Positions 59,227 to 64,000 of a stretch of DNA of 64,000 nt are shown piece by piece (within the stretch, counting starts at the first letter, position 1; every line of letters starts with the position of its first letter). The stretch spans positions 2,418,001 to 2,482,000 of the forward strand of contig OZ037833.1 in assembly GCA_964035575.1 (NCBI GenBank). The letters run 5' to 3'. The notes beneath the pieces are model-generated. The model worked only from the letters and a program-made list of their open reading frames with translations. It was not told the origin of the DNA and searched no databases. The DNA comes from Rhynchopus sp. YZ270_cl-10 (taxonomy: Eukaryota). The translations under genes and the position numbers were made by a program.

Positions 59227-61476
59227 ATGCCTATCCGGAAAAGGGGTCGTCTTATCTCTCAGGATGATGCTGTATCTTCTGTTGAATCTACTACCACCAG
59301 CCTTCCCGCTGCAGAACTGCGTTACCATGAAGCAAATGGGTGGTTTGGTGGTGTAATGTGCAGTGTGTTGGTTGGAGTGGTTTCAACAGCATTGTATTTG
59401 CGGAGTGCAAGCGGATCGGTGAGTGGTGGGGATAGCGGTGAGTTGATGAGCGTTGCGAAGGAGTTTGGAGTGGCACACCCACCGGGATATCCATTATGGG
59501 TAGGGTTGTCGTATGGAGCAGAATCGAGCGGTGTGGGGATGCATGTTGTGTCACCTATCTGCGGGGGCATATCAGTGGCGGCTGTGTTTTTAACGGTGTT
59601 TACGTTTACGTACTCTCGCGGGGCTGGTCTGGCAGCTGCAGGGAGTTTTGCGATATCGCCTTCGGTATGGCGTTATTCTGTGACCCCCGAGGTGTTTGCG
59701 TTAAACAATGCAGCGTGCGCAGTGCTCCTGTGTATCGGAGTTAGGTATATCGTTCTTAAGAGGACCCGGTCCTTCGCAATGCTGCTGTGTTCGATAGTCA
59801 CCCCGCTTGCATTATCAAATCAACACACTTCAGCGATTTTGATTGCCCCTAGTGGAGTAATGCTGGTTGGACACTATGTTTTTATGGCGAGCGGGTTTGA
59901 TACAGAGAAGATGGTTGTACTGGGATTGTCTGCGGTTGCGTTTTGCTTTGTATTTGGCTTTGTTTATAGTCAGTTGTTGTGGGCAAGCTATGGGAATAAT
60001 AGTAAACACTCTTGGGGTGCTGTATTTGATTCTGAAGGATTCTGGAACCATGTATTGCGGAAGGAGTACGGTACGTTTTCTCTGGCGAATCAGAAGGCAG
60101 ACTATGCAAAGCCCGACGTCGCTGCGTCTGTCCGCAACTGGGTGTACTTCCTCTCGAAGAACCTAGACATCCCCTTGGTGTGCACAGCATTCATCGGACT
60201 CACCACACCGCTTACCATGAAAGGCCACGCCCTGCTCTCCACGCAATCCTTCTTCATCATCAACCTCGTCTGCTACATTCTCTTTTTCGCCTATCTCGGG
60301 AACCTTCCATTGGACACTGCACTGTTCCGTTCAGTCCAAGAACGCTTTTGGTTACAACCGTATCTATTAATCTGCCTTGGAGTAGGGGCGGGGTACCATG
60401 GAATCGCTTCGTTGATTACGCCAAAAGAAGGGTTCATGAAGAATCTCATTAAGACCTCATTGGTGGCGTTGTGTATAGCATATTTAGTACAGACAGGGAT
60501 GGAGAGATTTCCAGAGCAGGATCAAAGTGAGAACTACGTTGTAGAAACATTTGGTGATGCAATGTTAAAGCCTCTCGCAAAGAACAGCATTCTGCTCACA
60601 AAGGGGGATATTTTGACGAATTCGGTACGTTATGTGCAAACCTTTCGTGACTATCGGCGGGATGTCATGAATCTTGACGTAGAAATGCTTACCTCACTTT
60701 GGTATATTCCGCGAATCAAGCTTTTTTATCCAAAAATAAACTTTCCTGGTGCGTCGTATTCTCCTAAAGGGTTTAATGCACGGCATTTTTTAGAAGCGAA
60801 TTCGAATCGCAAAATATATGTCGCATATGACCTTAACCCAAAGGATAAATCATGGGAAAAGGGGTATGATAGGGTTCCGGTGGGCATGGCTGATTTGTTT
60901 GTTACAAAAAAGCAGAATGAAGAGTTTTCGAAGAAGTTCATGCAGAGCATTCTGAAGAGCATGGCAATGACCAGCGAGGAAATGGACCACACCCTTCTAG
61001 CGGTGAATTCCGAACCGTGGGATGAAGTCTGCGTGAATGACTATTGGGCGTCGATTTTTAGGATGGGGCATTATCTGGCGAGGAAGGCGGATGAGATGTC
61101 AAAACAGGGGAAATTCAGGGATAGAGGGGACGATGTGGAGCATTTGCGTGAACGGGCCACAGAGCTTTTCTCGCATGTTCTCAGGAATGGGGTGAATGGA
61201 ACGAAGCCGTATGTCCGTGCTCTCTCTGCCAAAACAATGTCGACAGTGATGGTTGCCCGCATGATGAAGCTGCCCGATGAGGAGGTGGAGGAGCGTACCC
61301 CGCTTGTCAACGAGGCCAGCTTTGCTATCACAGTCTTCATCGCCACTGCAGAGCAGCTTCCTGATAAGTTCGGAGCTGCGGAAATCGGTCAATACCGTGA
61401 ACAGCTCGCAGCATTCAAAAAAGCCCTTGCATCTGGAATTCCTGGAGGCATGCCAAAAGGAGCGAAATTCAAGTAG
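59227..61476 (+). CDS. TMEM260: TMEM260/DUF2723 family multi-pass GT-C glycosyltransferase (protein O-mannosyltransferase-like)
   Basis: GGDSGEL...GVAHPPGYPLW, EVFALNN, LSNQHT, HVLRKEYGTFSL, ERFWLQ; many hydrophobic segments. Confidence 0.87.
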   Translation: MPIRKRGRLISQDDAVSSVESTTTSLPAAELRYHEANGWFGGVMCSVLVGVVSTALYLRSASGSVSGGDSGELMSVAKEFGVAHPPGYPLWVGLSYGAESSGVGMHVVSPICGGISVAAVFLTVFTFTYSRGAGLAAAGSFAISPSVWRYSVTPEVFALNNAACAVLLCIGVRYIVLKRTRSFAMLLCSIVTPLALSNQHTSAILIAPSGVMLVGHYVFMASGFDTEKMVVLGLSAVAFCFVFGFVYSQLLWASYGNNSKHSWGAVFDSEGFWNHVLRKEYGTFSLANQKADYAKPDVAASVRNWVYFLSKNLDIPLVCTAFIGLTTPLTMKGHALLSTQSFFIINLVCYILFFAYLGNLPLDTALFRSVQERFWLQPYLLICLGVGAGYHGIASLITPKEGFMKNLIKTSLVALCIAYLVQTGMERFPEQDQSENYVVETFGDAMLKPLAKNSILLTKGDILTNSVRYVQTFRDYRRDVMNLDVEMLTSLWYIPRIKLFYPKINFPGASYSPKGFNARHFLEANSNRKIYVAYDLNPKDKSWEKGYDRVPVGMADLFVTKKQNEEFSKKFMQSILKSMAMTSEEMDHTLLAVNSEPWDEVCVNDYWASIFRMGHYLARKADEMSKQGKFRDRGDDVEHLRERATELFSHVLRNGVNGTKPYVRALSAKTMSTVMVARMMKLPDEEVEERTPLVNEASFAITVFIATAEQLPDKFGAAEIGQYREQLAAFKKALASGIPGGMPKGAKFK

Positions 61477-61823
61477 TCTTTTACGTCGTATGGGGGAAAA
61501 CGTTTTTATTCTTTCAAGGTACACTGTTTTTGTATTCCAACTTTCTTGATGACTAAAATAACTTAGCTTCATCGTTACCATTTTTTGGGGGGTATTATGA
61601 GGTTACAAGCAGAACCCTTTTTAGGTCGATTGTGACCTAATCACAGGATTAGGTTCATCGTTCCCATTTTTTTCTCTCTTTTATTATGTTCTGTGTTTTT
61701 TCCATATTTCCGTGGTCGCTCCTTAACTGCGGTGTCTGCTCTTTTTTTAAAAAAGGCTTTTTTTTTTTTGATTTTCTGCCACTTTCTTACCTCTCTATTC
61801 TCATCGACAGAATTGTACACAAA

Positions 61824-63122
61824 ATGGCACAACAACCCAAAAAACGGCAAAAGAAAGCGGACCGTGGGTTTGACATGAGTAAGTACGAACGGCGTCATAT
61901 TGCCTTGAAGTATTGTTATATGGGGCAGGGTTATCAGGGCCTTGCATTGCAGGAGCACAGTGTGGCGACTGTAGAGGGGGTGCTGTTTGAAGCGTTGCGA
62001 AAGGTACGTCTGATTGGGCCCGACGAGAAGGTGCCTCTAGGATACAGCAGGTGTGGACGTACCGATAAGGGTGTGTCCTCCTTAGGCCAAGTCTCTGCAA
62101 TGATGTTGCGTTCAAACCGTACCCAAGCCGAGCCCAACAAAGCGGAACACGATTTCTGCGGAATTCTCAACCGCGTGCTTCCAGAAGATGTGCGAGTCAT
62201 AGGGTGGTCTGATGTTCCCGAGAAGTTTAGTGCTCGGTTTTCGTGCTCAGGGAGGGTGTACAAATACTTCTTTTTGAAAGGGAAAAAGGATCTTGAAGCA
62301 ATGCGGGCTGCGGCAGCGAAATTGGTTGGAGAACATGATTTCCGCAACTTCGCGAAGATGGATGTTGTGAATGTATCCAACTTTGTCCGCACCATCCATT
62401 CTATGACGGTCACCCCTGCTGCAGAGTCTCTGAGCAACGAGGTTTATGTCATCACCGTGGTGGGGACTGCGTTTCTTTATCATCAGGTTCGGTGCATGGT
62501 GGCGGTTCTCTTTGAAATTGCGGATGGAAACGAAACGGCAGATGTTATCACCTCTCTGTTAGATACAAAAACCTGCCCTGGACGCCCCATCTACAACATG
62601 GCAAGCGATCTCGGTCTGGTCCTATGGGACTGTCTGTTTCCCTCTATTATTTGGAGTGTCAACCACGATGCGTACACAAAACTTCTCCGCCATTTTGCCG
62701 CACAATACGAACTGAACCTCATCACCCCTATGATTCAAGGGCACATCCATGACCATCTTCGTTGCAACGAACCAATGAGGTTTCTTTCGGTAGAAGGCAC
62801 CATCATAGGTGAAGAAACAACATACGACACTATCCCAGAAGGAAACACTACAGAGGTAATAAAAAAGCGTGCTACCGGGGGAGAGTACATCCCACTAATG
62901 CAGAGAGCGCGAGAAGCAACATACGAAGAGAAAATCAGTGGTCTAGGAGGATCAAAGAAAAGGCGTCATGAAGAAAACAAAGAAAAGGGGAAAAAGCGGA
63001 AGCACGATGACGGTGGTGAGGAGGAGGACCTCAAGGAAGGGGACGACGAGGCGGAGGAGGGTGAAGAGGAGTTTGCACCGCGTGCTGCGCTTTTGCCTCA
63101 ACATATCGCAAAATATGCGTGA
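61824..63122 (+). CDS. PUS3: tRNA pseudouridine(38/39) synthase, TruA/Pus3 family
   Basis: RRHIALKYCYMGQGYQG, YSRCGRTDKGVS (catalytic Asp), FSARFSC, GEHDFRNFAK, AFLYHQVRCM. Confidence 0.92.
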   Translation: MAQQPKKRQKKADRGFDMSKYERRHIALKYCYMGQGYQGLALQEHSVATVEGVLFEALRKVRLIGPDEKVPLGYSRCGRTDKGVSSLGQVSAMMLRSNRTQAEPNKAEHDFCGILNRVLPEDVRVIGWSDVPEKFSARFSCSGRVYKYFFLKGKKDLEAMRAAAAKLVGEHDFRNFAKMDVVNVSNFVRTIHSMTVTPAAESLSNEVYVITVVGTAFLYHQVRCMVAVLFEIADGNETADVITSLLDTKTCPGRPIYNMASDLGLVLWDCLFPSIIWSVNHDAYTKLLRHFAAQYELNLITPMIQGHIHDHLRCNEPMRFLSVEGTIIGEETTYDTIPEGNTTEVIKKRATGGEYIPLMQRAREATYEEKISGLGGSKKRRHEENKEKGKKRKHDDGGEEEDLKEGDDEAEEGEEEFAPRAALLPQHIAKYA

Positions 63123-63572
63123 GATGTTCGAGGCGGTTGTTGTGTTGATTCAAATGCAGCGATTTTATTATCAAAAAAAATTGCCGAAGTCTTTGGGTAT
63201 TTAGGTGGTTGTCGTAAAAGGGGGGGGAGGGGAAGGAGGGAGGGGGGATATAAACGATCGTTACTGCCGCCACCAATCACAATTTCTTGCCCCAAGGTTT
63301 TTTGGTTCCGGTTTATTGCAAAGACAATAGTAAAAATGATCTCTTTTTTTTGTCATTTTCCCCCATTTTACCCCACATTTTCTCAGATCTCATATTACAC
63401 CTTTCTTCCCCACCCCGTCTTTAATCTTTATAACCCTCTTTTTTTGTCCTTTTTTTTTTAAATTTTGTGCTTTCATCCGGGGTTGGCATAGTACTTGGGT
63501 TAGTCAGAGGTGCTTGCTACTTAAAGCTTCTCTTAGACTCTTTTTGGTTCTTTTTTTATTTACACAGAAAAT

Positions 63573-64000
63573 ATGAGCAGAGAGGGTCGTCGTGCCTCAC
63601 GAACCCAGAACTCTCATTCCTCCACAGCACCCTCCACCTCCACCAGCTCCAACTCTGCCTCTTCACACCCTTCCACTTCTGTCCACTCGACCACCACCGC
63701 CACCGATCTTACCAAGCTTACCGCCCAGGAATACCTAGACAAATTCACGGTTACTGCGTATCTCAAGGACGTTACAACATTGCTGTTGGACAATCGCCCC
63801 TCTTGCCCGGCTTCATTTATTGCAGATTACTTCAAGAATGTGGCAGGGGGGACGTCACCTTTGGTACGAAGCTACCGATACATTAAATTAACGGCATTGA
63901 ATCGACAGTCCTTTTGGGATAACCTTGTTGCTGCGTATGCTACTATAGATGATAGGAAAGAAGGGGCAGGGGTGGGGATCACCGGCGCCGATATGAGACG
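63573..64000 (+). CDS. TPGS1/CSTPP1-like tubulin polyglutamylase complex subunit, 5' part (runs off window)
   Basis: Own translation, absent from the ORF track: MSREGRR...AQEYLDKFTVTAYLKDVTTLLLDNRPSCPASFIADYFKNV...LVRSYRYIKL...SFWDNLVAAYATI; RIIa/Dpy-30-like dimerisation helix pair. Confidence 0.7.
   Translation, partial: MSREGRRASRTQNSHSSTAPSTSTSSNSASSHPSTSVHSTTTATDLTKLTAQEYLDKFTVTAYLKDVTTLLLDNRPSCPASFIADYFKNVAGGTSPLVRSYRYIKLTALNRQSFWDNLVAAYATIDDRKEGAGVGITGADMR

Overview
Eukaryotic (euglenozoan) genomic DNA, most likely a diplonemid. The basis is a KMP-11 gene, 12 GC-rich genes all on the + strand in AT/homopolymer-rich spacers, and a few cis-introns that all begin GTATGT. Genes in order: divergent 2xRRM-like protein, spliced bacterial-type PEP mutase (phosphonate synthesis), 7x matrin/U1-like Zn-finger protein, GT60 GlcNAc-transferase, 3xCCCH protein, a long disordered spliced protein, phosphatidylserine decarboxylase (PSD) paralog 1, KMP-11, PSD paralog 2, TMEM260/DUF2723, tRNA pseudouridine synthase, and a truncated TPGS1-like gene. 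Intergenic DNA holds nested MITE-like and rolling-circle-like elements and satellites. Two signals are not explained by these annotations. (1) A complete hammerhead ribozyme core at 45072-45162 whose three strands are joined in a non-circularly permuted order. (2) Dozens of 30-80 nt hairpin motifs in several families, almost all co-oriented with the genes, with G-U pairs and compensatory changes; three families share the loop C-ACGAGAG-G on unrelated stems. All structures were derived by eye; no folding or database search was run.
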